64,000 nucleotides of DNA, from contig CM059432.1 of assembly GCA_030390025.1 (NCBI GenBank), forward strand, positions 93,870,001 through 93,934,000. The letters run 5' to 3'. Positions within the stretch are counted from its first letter, which is position 1. Each line of letters begins with the position of its first letter. The stretch is from Squalus acanthias (lineage: Eukaryota). The notes under the pieces were generated by a model. That model saw only the letters and a program-made list of their open reading frames with translations, made no database searches and was not told where the DNA came from. The translations under genes and the position numbers were made by a program. This document shows, in pieces, positions 12,448 through 25,835 of this stretch.

Positions 12448-15400
12448 TCGTGATGTAGTGATGGAGGAGCCTCAGCCCTTTACATTGTCCAACAGGTACG
12501 AGGTACTTTCTACCTGTATGGATGAGGAAAAGGACTGCAGGGAGGATGGGCAAATTGACCATGGCACTGTGGTACAGGGGGCCATCCAAGTGGGGGGAGA
12601 AGGAAGGAATGTGGTAGTATTAGGGGACAGTATAGTCAGGGGGATAGATACTGTTCTCTGCAGCCGCGAAAGACTCCTGAAGGCTGTGTTGCCTGCCCAG
12701 TGCCAGGGTTAAGGATATCTCCTCGCGGCTGGAGAAGAACTTGGAGTGGGAGAGGGAGGATCCAGTTGTCATGGTTCATGTAGGAACCAACGACAAAGGT
12801 AGAACTAAGAATGAGGTTCTGCTAAAGGAGTTTGAGGAGCTAGGGTCTAAATTAATAAGCAGAACCACAAGAGTAATAATCTCTGGGTGACTACCTGAGC
12901 CACGCGCAAATTGGCATAGGGTCAAGCAGATCAGAGATGTTAAATGTGTGGCTCAAAGAGTGGTGTGGGAAAAAGGGGTTTCAATTCATGGGGCACTGGC
13001 ACCAGTACTGGGGAAAGAGAGAGCTGTTCCGTCGGGACGGGCTCCACTTAAACCAAGCTGGGACCAGCGTTCTGGCGAATCGAATAACTAGGGCTGTAAA
13101 CTAAAAAAAGGTGCGCGGGGGGGGTGGGGGGAGAGAAAGAGGTCAGGTGAGGGGAAATTTAGAAATCTAAAGTGAAAGGTCAAGGCAACAAAGCAGTGTA
13201 GCGATTTGGGTAAAAATAAGCAGAGCGTGACAGGAAGGGACAGAGGGCCAGAAATTCGGCTGTTGTCGGGTGAGTACGCGCTGTGTACTCACCCGTAAGG
13301 CCACCTGAAGTGCCGGTTTCCTGCATGCACTGCGCATGCGCGGGAAACCGGAACTTCCGTGCCCCTGAAGGGAGGGGTTCAGAAGTCGAATGCGTGCGCG
13401 GGAGAGGCTGCGCGCACGCAGCGAACTTCGGGGGTTTTTTTCAGGTTTCTCCGGGAAGGTAAGTATGGAGAAGCTGCACTTTTAAAAAGGAGGCGCAAGG
13501 CCTGTTTTTAACACGGTAAGTGGTTAATTAATTACAATTTAAACATTTTTTCAACAGGTTTATCTTTTTTAGATACTTTAAAGAAAGGTAAGTTTATTTT
13601 TAGCACCGTTAAAAAGTATAATTAATTTTTTCAAAAATTTAAATTTTTGTTTGAAGTAGTTAATTTATTTAACTTAGTTATTTTTAAAATGTGATTTTTT
13701 TTTCCCCAATTTATTTGAAGTTTAAGTGTGGTTTTGGGGCCGATCTCTATTCATAGATTTGACAGGTCTTCCAATCTTGTATTGTGTAATGAGACAGGGT
13801 TAATTAGCAATCTCATAGTAAAGGATCCTCTGGGGCAGAGTGATCATATGATAGAATTTCACATTAATTTTGAGAGTGACTTGCTTAAGTCCGAAACTAG
13901 AGTCTTAAACTGAAATAAAGCCAATTACATAGGTGTGAGGGACGAGTTGGCTAAGGTAGATTGAAAAAACAGATTAAAAAGGTATGGCGGTAGATAAGCA
14001 GTGGCTAGCATTTAAAGAAATATTTCATAATTCTCAACAAAAATACATTCCATTGAGAAACAAAAACTCCATGGGAAATGTGATCCAACTGTGGCTAACT
14101 AAAGAAGTTAAGATAGCATTAGATTGAAAGAAGTAGTTTATAATGTTGCAAAGAATAACAGCAAGCCTGAGGATTGAGAGAGTTTCAGAAACCAGCAAAG
14201 GTTGACCAAAAAATTGATAAAAAGGGAAAAAATAGTATGAGAGAAAACTCGCAAGAAATATAAAAGCAGATTGTAAGATTTTCTACAAGTATGTAAAAAG
14301 GAAAAGAGTAGCAAAAGTAAACATTGGTCCCTTAGAGGCTGCGACAGGAGAAATTATTATGGGGAATAAATATTTTGTATCTGTCTTCACAGTAGAAGTC
14401 ACAAAAAGCGTACTAAAAATGATGGGGAACCAAGGGTCTAATGAGGGTGAGGAACCTAACGTAATTAATATAAGTAGAGAAAAAGTACTAGAGAAGCTAA
14501 TGGGACTAAAAGCCGACAAATCCCCTGGACCTGACGGCCTCCATCCTAGGGTTCTAATAGAGGTGGCTGAAGAGATAGTGGAAGCATTGGTTTTGATCTT
14601 CCAAAATTCCCTAGATTCTGGAATGGTCCCAGCGGATTGGAAGGTCGCAAATGTAACACTGCTATTCAAGAAAGGAGGGAGAGAGAAAACGGAACTACAG
14701 GCCAGTTAGCCGGACATCAGTCGTCGGGAAAATGCTGGAATCCATTGTTAAGGAAGTGGTATCAAGTCACTTAGAAAATCATAACATGATTAGGCAGAGT
14801 CAACATGGTTTTATGAAAGGGAAATCGTGTTTGACAAATTTATTAGAGTTTTTTGAGGATGTAACTAGCAGGGTAGATAAAGGGGAACCAGCGGATGTAG
14901 TATATTTGGATTTCCAAAAGGCATTCGATAAGGTGCCACATAAAAGGTTATTACACAAGATTAGGGCTCATGGGGTTGTGGGTAATATAGTAGCATGGAT
15001 AGAGGATTGGTTAACGGACAGAAAACAGAGAGTAGGGGTGAACAGATCTTTTTCAGGTTGGCAGGCTGTAAATAGTGGGGTGCCGCAAGGATCAGTGTTG
15101 GGGCCTCAGCTATTTACAATCTATATTAATGACCTAGATGAAGGGACTGAGTGTAATGTATCCAAGTTTGCTGATGATACAAAGCTAGGTGGGACAGTAA
15201 ACTGTGAAGAGAACACAAAGAGTCTGCAAAGGGATATAGATAGACTAAGTGAGTGGGCAGTAAGGCGGCAGATGGAGTATAATGTAGGGAAATGTGAGGT
15301 TATTCACTTCGGTAGAAAGAATAGAAAAACAGAATATTTTTTAAATGGTGAGAAACTTTCAAATGTTGGTGTTCAGAGAGATTTGGGTGTCCTCGTGCAA

Positions 15401-16070
15401 GAAACACAGAATGCTAGCATGCAGGTACAACAAGCAATAAAGAAGACAAATTGCATGCTGGCCTTTATTCCAAGAGTAAGGAAGTCTTGCTACAATTGTA
15501 TAGGGCCTTGGTGAGACCACACCTGGAGTACTGTGCACAGTTTTGGTCTCCTTATCTGAGGAAGGATATATTTGCCTTGGAGGCGGTTCAATGAAGGTTC
15601 ACTAGATCGATTCCTGGGATGAGGGGGCTGTCCTATGATGAGAGATTGTGTAGAATGTGGCTATACTCTCTGGAGTTTAGAAGAATGAGAGGTGATCTCA
15701 TTGAAACATGCAAGATTCTGAAGGAGATTGACAAGGTAGATGCTGAGAGGTTGTTTCCCCTGGCTGGAGTGTCTAGAACTAGGGGGCATAGTCTCAGGAT
15801 AAGGGGTAGGCCATTTAAGACTGAGATGAGGAGGAATTTCTTCACTCAGAGGGTTGTGAATCTTTGGAATTCTCTGTCCCAGAGGGCTGTAAATGCTGAG
15901 TCTTTGAGTATATTCAAGGCTGAGATAGATAGATTTTTGGACTCATGGGGAATCAAGGGATATGGAGATCGGGCGGGAAAGTGGAGTTGAGGTCAATGAT
16001 CAGCCATGATCTTACTGAATGACGGAGCAGGCTCGAGGGGCCGTATGGCCTACTCCTGCTCTTATTTCTT
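12448..16070 (+). mobile_element. Second CR1 LINE nested inside the first, same orientation
   Basis: Starts within ORF1 (EEPQPFTLSNRYEVL, VVLGDSIVRG), RT ORF 14732-15514 with FADD, 3' UTR to 16070; probable TSD ATACTTG/ATCCTTG. Confidence 0.88.
13245..13771 (+). mobile_element. Structured MITE, subfamily A, 3' truncated
   Basis: Near-identical to 6244-6770; breaks at the apex of the internal hairpin and joins CR1 sequence. Confidence 0.8.
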
Positions 16071-17015
16071 ATCCTTGCCTTAGAGGCCGTGCAACAAAAG
16101 TTCACTAGATTGATCCCTGGGATGAGTGCGTTGTCCTATGAGGAGAGATTGAGTAGATTGGGCCTATACTCTCTGGAGTTTAGAAGAATGAGAGGTGATC
16201 GCATTGAAACATGCAAAATTCTGAGGGAATTGACAGGGTAAATGCTGAGAGGTTGTTTCCCCTGGCTGGAGTGTCTAGAACTAGGGGGCGTAGTCTCAGG
16301 ATAAGGGGTCGGCCATTTAAGACTGAGATGAGGAGGAATTTCTTCAGAGGGTTGTGAATCTTTGGACTTCTTTACACCAAAGGGCTGTTGATGCTGAATC
16401 ATTGAATATATTCAAGGCTGAGATAGACAGATTTTTGAACTCTAATGGAATCAATGGATACGGAGATCGGGCGGGAAAGTGGAGTTGAGGTCGAAGATCA
16501 GCCATGATCTTATTGAATGGCGGAGCAGGCTCGAAAGGCCGCATGGCCTACTCCTGCTCCTAATCTTTAGTTCTTAGTTCATCACTCCTCCTTTCACTTT
16601 GAATTTTCCTCTCTCCTGTTCCATGTTCAACTCTCCTCGAGACACTCTTGTGTGAGGGGTACTATACAAATGCAAGTTGTTGTTCAGTTATTCTTCACTC
16701 TCATGGGTTAGGGTTGTGCAAGATCAATTACATTTTTTTAAATTACTGTTTGATATCCTGTAAATAGTATACTTTCATTTAAAAAATTGAGTCTGATCCA
16801 CCCATCTTTGGTTTGGTTGGTTTCTGCAGAACCAATTTAATTTGGTGAATGCTGTTAATTTTAATTAAAAGTAACTATGATGGGATGATAATTAGGAGTT
16901 TCATTGGCATGCTTTTGAAGGGAGAAATCTTGGGAAAGAACATTGTCAAAACATGACAAATTTTGACAATACAAGTCTCCGCTGTTAGTTATAAAGAAAA
17001 CATTATTTTGCTCAC

Positions 17016-17091
17016 CTGGTGATGTCCTCAGAGAGCTGGGCAGGATCCGGAGGGTAAAACTTTACATTGAATGAAAAGTGCCACAAACCAC
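17016..17091 (-). CDS. EPB41L3: EPB41L3 coding exon (FERM N/central lobe junction)
   Basis: 76 bp, atatag| ... CAG|GTGAGC. Translates (S)[24 protein letters not shown](R); phase 1-2, compatible with the 43-bp exon. Confidence 0.95.
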
Positions 17092-18289
17092 CTATATGGA
17101 AACAAATCATTCTTCAAACAAAAGCAAAATGATTTAAGTATAGTTTTTAAATCATTTAAAAAATTCTCCAAGGACTACTTTTTCCAGTACAAAAAGTCCA
17201 GGATTTTTTGACTTAAAGAATATCAATTTCAAAATGATAAATGAGAATCCTAACAAATAAATTACAAACACTCATTGGTTAACCTTGTCACCGTTTGCCT
17301 TTAACCAGCTCTACAGTAAATGTGACTACCAACTTAACAGCATTTAGTTAATTTTCTCCACATATGCATACAGCCTTGTGGTGTTAAGTCATTAATCACC
17401 TGAGCAGTAGATAGGAGAACACAGTCTCATAATTCTTTCTTTGTGGAAACATTTTCAGTCATTGAATTCATGTGGTACATCTCTCTCAAAATTGTGTACC
17501 TGATCTATTTGTAAAACAAATACTTCACGGTGCTGCCAGTTTACATTATGTTCAGTAAGAAAATTCACCTTTATCTAGTTCTCCTTCTCCCTGAACAAGA
17601 AAGTTCTGTATTGGACAAGCACTACCATGGCTGGAGCCAAGTAAGTATAAGTTAAGTTTAGTTCCAATAGTAATTGTAAACACTTCTTTAATAAAATATC
17701 ATCTGTTTGCTTTCATCTACTTTATTAGGAGTGGGCAGCTGCTCAATGGAGTACAGTAATTGGAGCCACGAATGTGTCGGATTCTGACTCTAACATCATA
17801 ATTAGTTTGACAGGCAAAGGAGGGTGATGGATGTCCAAGAGATCTGCAGTATCACATGGAGTGACTTCACCTCTTAAGACATGAGATGGCTGCCTCCAAT
17901 ATTTTGCTGACTTAGTGCTAATTTTGGTTTTGCTCCTGGAATGGCAAAATAGCAGTTCAACTGCTACAAAATGGTTCATGATTTAAATCTGGCTATGATG
18001 GCAATGTAACAGAACAACAAATTAAAAGTCTGATGTACTTGCAAAAAGCAAGTTCATCACTACATCAGCATGCACTAGTGGCCAGGATGAGAGAAACTAC
18101 TGAAATGAGAAAGATATGATTGATATCAATTGCATTTGGAATAAGTATCATTAAAGGAAGATATATAAAAAGAAAAAAAGCTGCAGATGCTGTAAATTTG
18201 AAATTAAAACAGAAAATGCTGGAAATACAGAACAGGTCAGTATAAAGATGCAAGACAGTTTAACACTTTGTGTGTCACCTTTTTTAATT

Positions 18290-19320
18290 TCTTAAAACCC
18301 CTCATCTTTTTGAACAGCTCCAATAGATCACCTCTTACGTTTCTCTGTTCTAGTGAAAAGAGATGAGTTCTGTGGTCTCTCATCCCTGGTGATATCTTAC
18401 TAAATCTCTTCTGCACCCGATCCATGGCTTTGATATGCTTCCTAAAGTAGGGCATCCAAAACTGGGCACATTATTCTAACTGCAGCTTAACTAATGAGTT
18501 GTATATGTTTAACAGTACCTCTGCTTTTGTACTCTACGCCCCTACTTTCAAAACTAAGGATCCCACGTACTTTTTTAAAAAATATAGCAACTGCTTTAGC
18601 ACCTTGTGCCCCACACTTTTAATAAGATTTGTCTATCTGCACCCCTAAGTATCGCTGCTTTTCTGATCCATTTCAAGTTTTACCAATTAGTGTACATTTC
18701 CTCTCCTTGTTCTCCCTTCCCAAATTTGTCACCTCATATTTCTCCACATTAAAGTTTCATCTGACAGTTACCTGCCCCTTCTCCTTGGAGAAGAGAAGGA
18801 TAAGAGGAGATTTGATAGAGGTGTTTAACATCATGAAGGGTTTGGATAGAGTAAATAAAGAGAAACGGTTTCCAATGGGTGAAGGGTTGATAATGAGAGG
18901 CCACAGATTTAAAGTGATTGGCAATGATCCAGAGGCAACATGAGGAAAAACTTTTTTACACAACGAGTGATTAGGATTTGGAATGCACAGCCTGATAGGG
19001 TGGTGGACACTGAGTCAATAGTAGCCTTCAAAAAGGGAATTGGATAAATACTTGAAAGAGAAAAAAATTGCAGGGGTATGTGGAAAGAGTGGGGGAGTGC
19101 ACTAACTGGATTGCTCTTCAAAAGAGCCAGCACAGTCTTGATGGGCCTAAGGGCCTCTTTCTGTGCTGTACTATTCTATGATTCAAACTACTAGCCCATC
19201 TATATCTGCCTGAACTTGCTTATAGTCCTATTCACTATTAACCATACTATTTTTGTATTATCTGCAAATTTTGATACTCCCACCCTTATAGCTGAGACCA
19301 GATCATTGATATATACACTA
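18290..19320. mobile_element. Old CR1 fragment (-) interrupted by a CR1 3' fragment (+, ~18775-19185)
   Basis: PYFRKHIKAMDRVQKRF on -; FSLEKRRIRGDLIEVF and TTCTATGATT tail on +. Confidence 0.7.
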
Positions 19321-19429
19321 CTAAATTGCCCATAGTGAGTTAGTGAATATATAGTTTTTCTTCTATAAAAATAGCATTCAAGTTGAAAGAGATACTGTTG
19401 AGACCACCCAAAGCTAGGAGGGTCTATGG

Positions 19430-19800
19430 AGCAATGCTCTCAGCACCAACCACATCATGTGCCTGCCAGGTGCTCATGCCTTTCCTGATGCAGCCATTCC
19501 CCTGAAGAGTTCCACAGGCACGTGAAGCAGTCTGATACTCAGCCAAGTAACTATTCGTCATGTGTGAGCATGGGCATCACTGTTGGCATTGATGTACTGG
19601 CAGGTTATTTGTGGGTATCACAGCTGTGCACACTCAACGTGTACACATTTGCTATGTCACTGGATAGTGAGCGGGAGCAGGAATCATGGCTGATATTTCC
19701 CATCCCCAAGAGGCCAATTGTAGCGTCCCCAGCGCTGCCCCAACTGAGATCATGGATCGAAGCAGAAATCAAAACTAGGAGCCTCCGGGTCTTTGTGGGT
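19430..19800 (-). mobile_element. SINE fragment, same family as 7480-7710
   Basis: Shared GGGAGC..GCTGAT.TTTCCC..GAGGCCAATTG..GCTGCCC..TGAGATCA core. Confidence 0.45.
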
Positions 19801-21045
19801 CAGCAACACTTCAGATGGTGCACGATCAAAGTTTTAATTCTAAGTATAAGATAATACTGCACTAACTGCTGTGACCTTACAGTACTGATGATTGAGTTCT
19901 TGTAAATGCAATGGTGGAGCAGAAAGAGAGAGGTACAGTCCGCCAGTGTCAGAGAATAGAGGGGTGAGCTGGATAATAGGGATGGATGAGGTTGCAAAGG
20001 TTGCGTGGAGTGAGATCATGAAGGGATTTGTAAATAAGGGTGAGGAATTTGTAATCAGTGTGTTGACAGACTGGTAACCAGCTTAGATCAGGAAAGACAG
20101 GATTTAGAGGTGAGCAAGACTTATTGTTTGATGAGTTGGAGTTTGTGGGGGGCCTGCAAGGAGAGCATTGGAAAAGTTAAGCCTACGGGTGACAGGCACT
20201 GATGTGAGTTTCAGCAGCAGTGTGGCTAACGTAGGGGTGAAGGCAAGTATTGTTGTGGAAGTGGAAACAGGAGCTCTTAGGTGATAGATAAGATGTGGAG
20301 ATTGAATCTCAGTTTAAGATTGATTAAAGTAATACTTTTAAGCAAGAATAGAAGAACATTCCCTGTTGTCCCTCCTTTTGTTGGTCATGCAACAGGGAAT
20401 GCAAACAGGAACCACAACAACAGGTCTCACAATGGGGCCATGGTGAGTCTTGTTTGATGTCACTGCCATGTTACTTCCTGAAAATTCTGTTTATATTAAA
20501 AATAAGGACGTACAATTAGAAGACATTTTATCACAATTATTTTGATATTACACAATTCCCTTTATGTTTAATTTCCCAGGCATTCTCTTACTCTCCCTTT
20601 CCTTAATTACTTTGCAGACCTATCTGAGTAATGCTTGTGTGGGTTTGCTGCATCGTGATCATTATGCTCATTTACCATTTCATCCATTCCTGCTTCAGCA
20701 GCTTCCTATTAAGTAGGCTTGGGATTAAATGGCAATCATAATTTCAATATAGCAGACAGAAGAACATTATTCAGTAGCTGCTGTCTTTTGTAAGAGATAA
20801 GAAAATATACCAGGCATTTTACCCGTTGAATGCTCTAAACTTTAATCGAAACAAAAGCATTAACTGGAAAAATGAAATAAGCAAAAGATAAAACCCTTTG
20901 AAGGCTGCTTTATTGTTGAAAGCCCCAACAAAATGTGTGAATGGAAAGAATATCCTGGTTAAACAAAAATAGAAAGCTACTTCTGTATCTTTCAACCGTC
21001 ATTGCATGGGAGCTGCATTTCAAGTCATTTGTTAAATGTACTTAC

Positions 21046-21088
21046 TTCGGATTTGCTTTTTAATTTCCTTGGCTGGGTCCAACCAGTT
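21046..21088 (-). CDS. EPB41L3: EPB41L3 coding exon (FERM)
   Basis: 43 bp, tttcag| ... GAA|GTAAGT. Translates NWLDPAKEIKKQIR plus 1 nt; phase 0-1. Confidence 0.95.
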
Positions 21089-21567
21089 CTGAAATACAAC
21101 ATTTTAATATGTTTAGATTCCAGACTATATTTGTAAAATTAAAGAACCTAATGCATTACACATCAATCAGGTCTTTTCTTACCATTTACCTCAAAATGAA
21201 AGTCAGTTTAATGCAGGATGGCAAACACCCAAGCTGCAAATGGGTTACCCCAAATCAAGTCACAAATTAGTGAAAACAAAACTTCCTTTATTGAGACATC
21301 ATGGTGAAGGTCAAGACACACTGTGGAGGACACCAGTAAGATCGACAAGTACAAGAGACTAAACGAGGTAATTCAACATCCAAAGATTAGAGGATACCAA
21401 AATCAGGTAGATTCTAGAAGGAAAGGATAACCGAGGAAGGCAAGAAGTTTTGAATTCATTGGAAATGAAAAGAAAATACTTGTACTTAATCCCAATTTAG
21501 AACATATGAGAGTTGAAATGGAGACATTGTTTGCCTGTGACCATAACCTTGGGGAACATTAATTATT

Positions 21568-21801
21568 GGCCCAGATTTTGCAGTGGAAGTAATGGTGAGG
21601 CTAACAGCGATCATGATTATTAAGGAGTAAATCGGACAGCAACTTCTGGTGTCCGCACATGCACTATAGAGGGCACCGTGCTGCTTTGACACTAATAACT
21701 GCAAGTTCCAATGCAAAAGCCCACAGAAAGCCTGTGGGCATGTGTTAAGTGTAATCAATGGCAAGCGCCATTCTTTCGCCACTAACCACAAAATCCGGGC
21801 C
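21568..21801 (+). mobile_element. Short internally deleted subfamily-B MITE
   Basis: GGCCCAGATTTTG ... CAAAATCCGGGCC; 5' part aligns with the 49016 copy; flanks ATT/AAT. Confidence 0.7.
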
Positions 21802-22011
21802 AATATTGATTTCTCACATTGGAAGCTCAGAAATTAGCAAAAGCTGATGCAGCCCCCCCCAAAATTGATACCTCAAAAACACCTCTAAATGTGAGCCTAC
21901 GGCATGTGAAAACAAGAAACTACCCTAAAGTGCAGTGGCGCATAACTCTCAAATTAAGCAGTAGACATACCCAAAATGCCAACCCCCCCCCCAGAAAACA
22001 TTTTTGACAAA

Positions 22012-22235
22012 ACAAAATACTGCGGATGCTGGAAATCTGAAATAAAAACAGAAAATGCTGGAAATACTCAGCAGGTCAAGCAGCATCTGTGGAGAGAGAA
22101 ACAGAGTTAATTAGGTCGATGACCTTGGGGCAGTTCTGACGAAAGGTCATCAACCTGAAACATTAACTTTGTTTCTCTCTCTACAGATGCTGCCTAACCT
22201 GCTGAGTATTTTCAGCATTTTCTGTTATTTTTATT
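22012..22235. mobile_element. Penelope-like terminal repeats in inverted arrangement
   Basis: AAAATGCTGGAAATACTCAGCAGGTC..CATCTGTGGAGAGAGAAAC followed by its reverse complement; same unit as at 25700-25835 and 43016-43150. Confidence 0.8.
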
Positions 22236-22949
22236 TTTGACACTTTATTTGGTGCATTTTTCAATATTCTGGAAGCTACAATGAATATTCTTTTTTCCAT
22301 CAAAAAGGAAGGGACTTCTGCTCAATCTTATTGAAAACTACTCTCTATTTGATATTTTGGGAACAAATTATTTTTCATTATATATAAAACTTTTTCCTCT
22401 CAGTAGCAACAGATGCACTATTACTGGCGAGGATAGTAATCTTACTTTCATTTTCTGATTTTAAAAGTGTTTAGGGCAAATAGGGGATTCAAACCCAGTC
22501 GTATTGACAAACGACTAGGCTGTAGGCTACAAATTTAAATTGTACACAGTTCTTCCAAATACAGACACCAATTGTTGGTGCCTTTCTCGGGACATGCTCC
22601 CTATGATTAATTTGAATTTTTAGATTAAAAATTGTGGTTGCATTCCTATTAACTTCAAACAATTTTATATTTCACAAATGATCATTATTCCCTTTTTTCT
22701 AGATTAAAAATCAAAGTGACAATTGGGTTTTCAAGAAACCAACTAGACCTAGCCTCCCCAAAAAGCTACCTCACCATGCACTGTCCCTCTTCCACTGCTC
22801 CCCACCACTCCCCCTCACCAGCCAGTTCAGAGCCACACAACCGCCTCCAGAGCAAGTTCACAAAGACATTGTACTCCATCCAACCTGCCACCTACTCATA
22901 CTTTCTCCCCCCTCCAACTCTCTCCCCCCTCTAACACTCCTAAGCTTCT

Positions 22950-24447
22950 GCAGGTACTCTTCTCTGTCAACAGTTCCCATGGACTGGAGGGTAGCTAATG
23001 TAACCCCACTATTTAAAAAAGGTGGTAGATAGAAAACGGGGAATTATAGACCGGTAAGCCTGACATCGGTAGTGGGGAAAATGCTTGAGTCCATTATAAA
23101 AGATGTAATAGCAGAGCACTTGGAAAACAGTGGCAGGATCGGACAAAGTCAACATGGATTTACAAAAGGTAAATCATGCTTGACTAATCTGCTGGAATTT
23201 TTTGAGGATGCAACTGGTAGGATAGATAAGGGAGAACCAGTGGATGTGGTGTATTTGGACTTTCAGAAGGCTTTCGATAAGGTCCCTCATAAGAGATTAG
23301 CGTGCAAAGTTAAAGCACATGGGATTGGGGGTAAGGTACTGACTTGGATAGAGAACTGGTTGGCAGACAGGAAGCAAAGAGTTGGAATAAACGGGTCTTT
23401 TTCCGAGTGGCAGGCAGTGACTAGTGGGGTACCGCAGGGATCGGTGCTAGGACCCCAGCTATTCACAATATATATTAATGATCTAGACGAGGGAACTAGA
23501 TGCAATATCTCCAAGTTTGCAGATGACACAAAGCTGGGTGGGCGTGTGTGCTGTGAGGAGGATGCAGCGAAACTCCAGTATGATTTGGACAGGTTGGGTG
23601 ATTATACTGCATCTGCCATGCATCTGCCCAATGTGGATAAATGCGAGGTTATCCACTTTGGTGGCAAAAACAGGAAGGCAGATTATTATCTGAACGGCAA
23701 TAGATTGGGAAAAGGGGAAGTGCAACGAGACCTGGGTGTCCTTGTGCACCAGTCGCTGAAGGTAAGCATGCAGGTGCAGCAGGCGGTTAAGAAGGCAAAT
23801 GGTATGCTGGCCTTCATAGCGAGAGGATTCGAGTACAGGAGCAGGGATGTCTTGCTGCAGTTGTACAGGGCCTTGGTGAGACCACACCTTGAGTATTGTG
23901 TGCAGTTTTGGTCGCCTTATCTGAGGAAGGATGTTCTTGCCATGGAGGGAGTGCAGCGAAGATTCACCAGACTGATACCTGGGATGGCAGGAATGACGTA
24001 GGAAGAAAGATTGGGTCGATTAGGCTTATACTCGCTAGAGTTTAGAACAATGAGAGGGGATCTCATTGAAACTTATAAAATTCTAACAGGACTAGACAGA
24101 CTAGATGCAGGAAGGATGTTCCCGATGGCGGGGGAGTCCAGAACCAGGGGTCACAGTCTAAGGATAAGGGGTAAGCCATTTAGGACTGAGATGAGGAGGA
24201 ATTTCTTCACCCAGAGAGTGGTGAACCTGTGGAATTCTCTACCACAGAAGGCAGTTGAGGCCAATTCATTAAATATATTCAAGAAGGAGTTAGATATATT
24301 TCTTAAGGCTAAAGGGATCAAGGGATATGGGGAGAAAGCAGGGACAGGGTACTGAATTTGGATGATCAGCCATGATCTCATTAAATGGCGGAAAGGCTCG
24401 AGGGGCCGAATGGCCTACTCCTGCTCCTATCTTCTATGTTTCTATGT
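22950..24447 (+). mobile_element. CR1 LINE, 5'-truncated, relatively young RT
   Basis: 309-aa open RT frame (YLDFQKAFDKV, VPQGSVLGP, FADD), one stop at 24001, (TTCTATGT)n tail. Confidence 0.93.
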
Positions 24448-25362
24448 CAACCCCTCAATTCACCTGGCTCTCATATCCTCCTCCAAACTCCCTAGTTTCA
24501 GCTCACTCTTTTTCCTCCTCCCTCCCACTCATTTGCTCTTCTGCCACTCCCAGCTCATGCTGGCACCAAACTTCCTCCCCTGCCCACAGTTTATACTGGC
24601 ACTCTCCTTCCTTCAGCCCATTCTGAGGGTCCTGAACTCAAAGAATTACTGACCAGGATCATGCAGTGGTGACTATGACTTACAGCAGCAGGAGATACGA
24701 GCTCAGCAGAGGCATGGGGCAGCAGCCTGGTGTGCACTGACTGTGCATGTCAAACCTGGACAGTTGTCATGGATGGAGTATAATTGCTATATCTAATGAA
24801 GTATAGGTTTTGAACTAGTTTTGTGGTACACCACTTCACATTCCTTCTGCTAGTACCTGGATGCCAGAGAGCATATAGATGAGGATTCATGTCTTCTGAT
24901 CTTAACCCTAAGCTACAATTATCGAAGAAGAGGATCCAGTGAGTGCCTTATCAGCTGTCATGTGTTAAGATTGCCATAGAATCCTATGTGCTGAAGATCT
25001 TGTAACATAAGCTGCATCAGTTGAAGATAGCTTTTCTCATGCAGGCCACTGCTCAGCTATCTCTCACACTCTGATGGAACTCCAGACAATCTGCTCTAAT
25101 CACTCTCTGGTTTCAAATCCTATGTGACCTCTTTAGGTTGCAGTAAATAACACACACTGCAACTACACCTGGATCAATATTGAAAGATTAGTTGACTTCC
25201 TGCCAAGATTACAATTAGTATACTATTCCCAGAGCTAGTAATGCACTATTGATCCTTCTTTTTCCTTTTAATGAGGGAGGTAATTTTCACGCTCAGCCTC
25301 CAATCCCAACTGGGAAGTAGGAAATTCACTCAATTTGCTGATCAATAGGCTTCAGGTTCTTA

Positions 25363-25835
25363 ACTCATCTTTCGATTAGGCACTTTACAGCCTTCTGGAC
25401 TCAACATAAAGTTCAACAATTTCAGATCATAACCTCTGCCCCTATCCTTTTTTTTCCCATTTATTTTTTTTTTCCTCTCCGACATAGCAGCTGTCTTTCA
25501 TTCTGCCAGTGCCATTTACACTTCATCTAGAGCCATCTTTTGTTTCTTAACTTGTCCCATTGCCATCTCATCTCTCTTAATGTCTCTTAATCTCTCCTGC
25601 CTTCCATCCTATCACAGACCTTCCCTTTTGTTCTTTCCTCCCCCCGCCCTCTCCCTGCCCCTGCACTTGCTTAAAAACCTGTTTCATCTCCAGCTTTTTC
25701 CAGTTCTGACGAAGGGTCATCGACCTGAAATGTTAACACTGTTTCTCTCTCCACAGATGCTGCCTGACCTGCTGAGTATTTCCAGCATTTTCTGTTTTTA
25801 TTCCAGATTTCCAGCATCCGCAGTATTTTACTTTT
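25363..25835 (+). mobile_element. Penelope-like element 3' end
   Basis: LIFRLGTLQPSGLNIKFNNFRS (end of the GIY-YIG region) plus terminal repeat homologous to 43016-43500. Confidence 0.8.
25702..25738 (+). ncRNA. Minimal hammerhead motif, slightly decayed
   Basis: AGTTCTGACGAAGGGTCATCGACCTGAAATGTTAACA; CpG>TpG change in stem III. Confidence 0.4.

Larger units (their letters stand above)
8130..16577 (+). mobile_element. Near full-length decayed CR1 LINE (ORF1 Zn-finger/esterase, ORF2 APE+RT), interrupted by three insertions
   Basis: ORF1 MAVQVVCRNCSMWE and VVVHVGTN; APE (ITETWL, GDFN) at ~9960-10600; RT VPQGSVLGP and FADD; resumes at 16078 (LALEAVQ..FTRLIPG) and ends in the CR1 3' UTR. Confidence 0.9.

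Noticed and set aside
1..17015. Next EPB41L3 exon (YYLCLQLR...)
   Set aside because: Not found by eye. The look-alike at ~3403-3418 is the splice acceptor of the Harbinger Myb-like remnant. The exon is probably left of the window.
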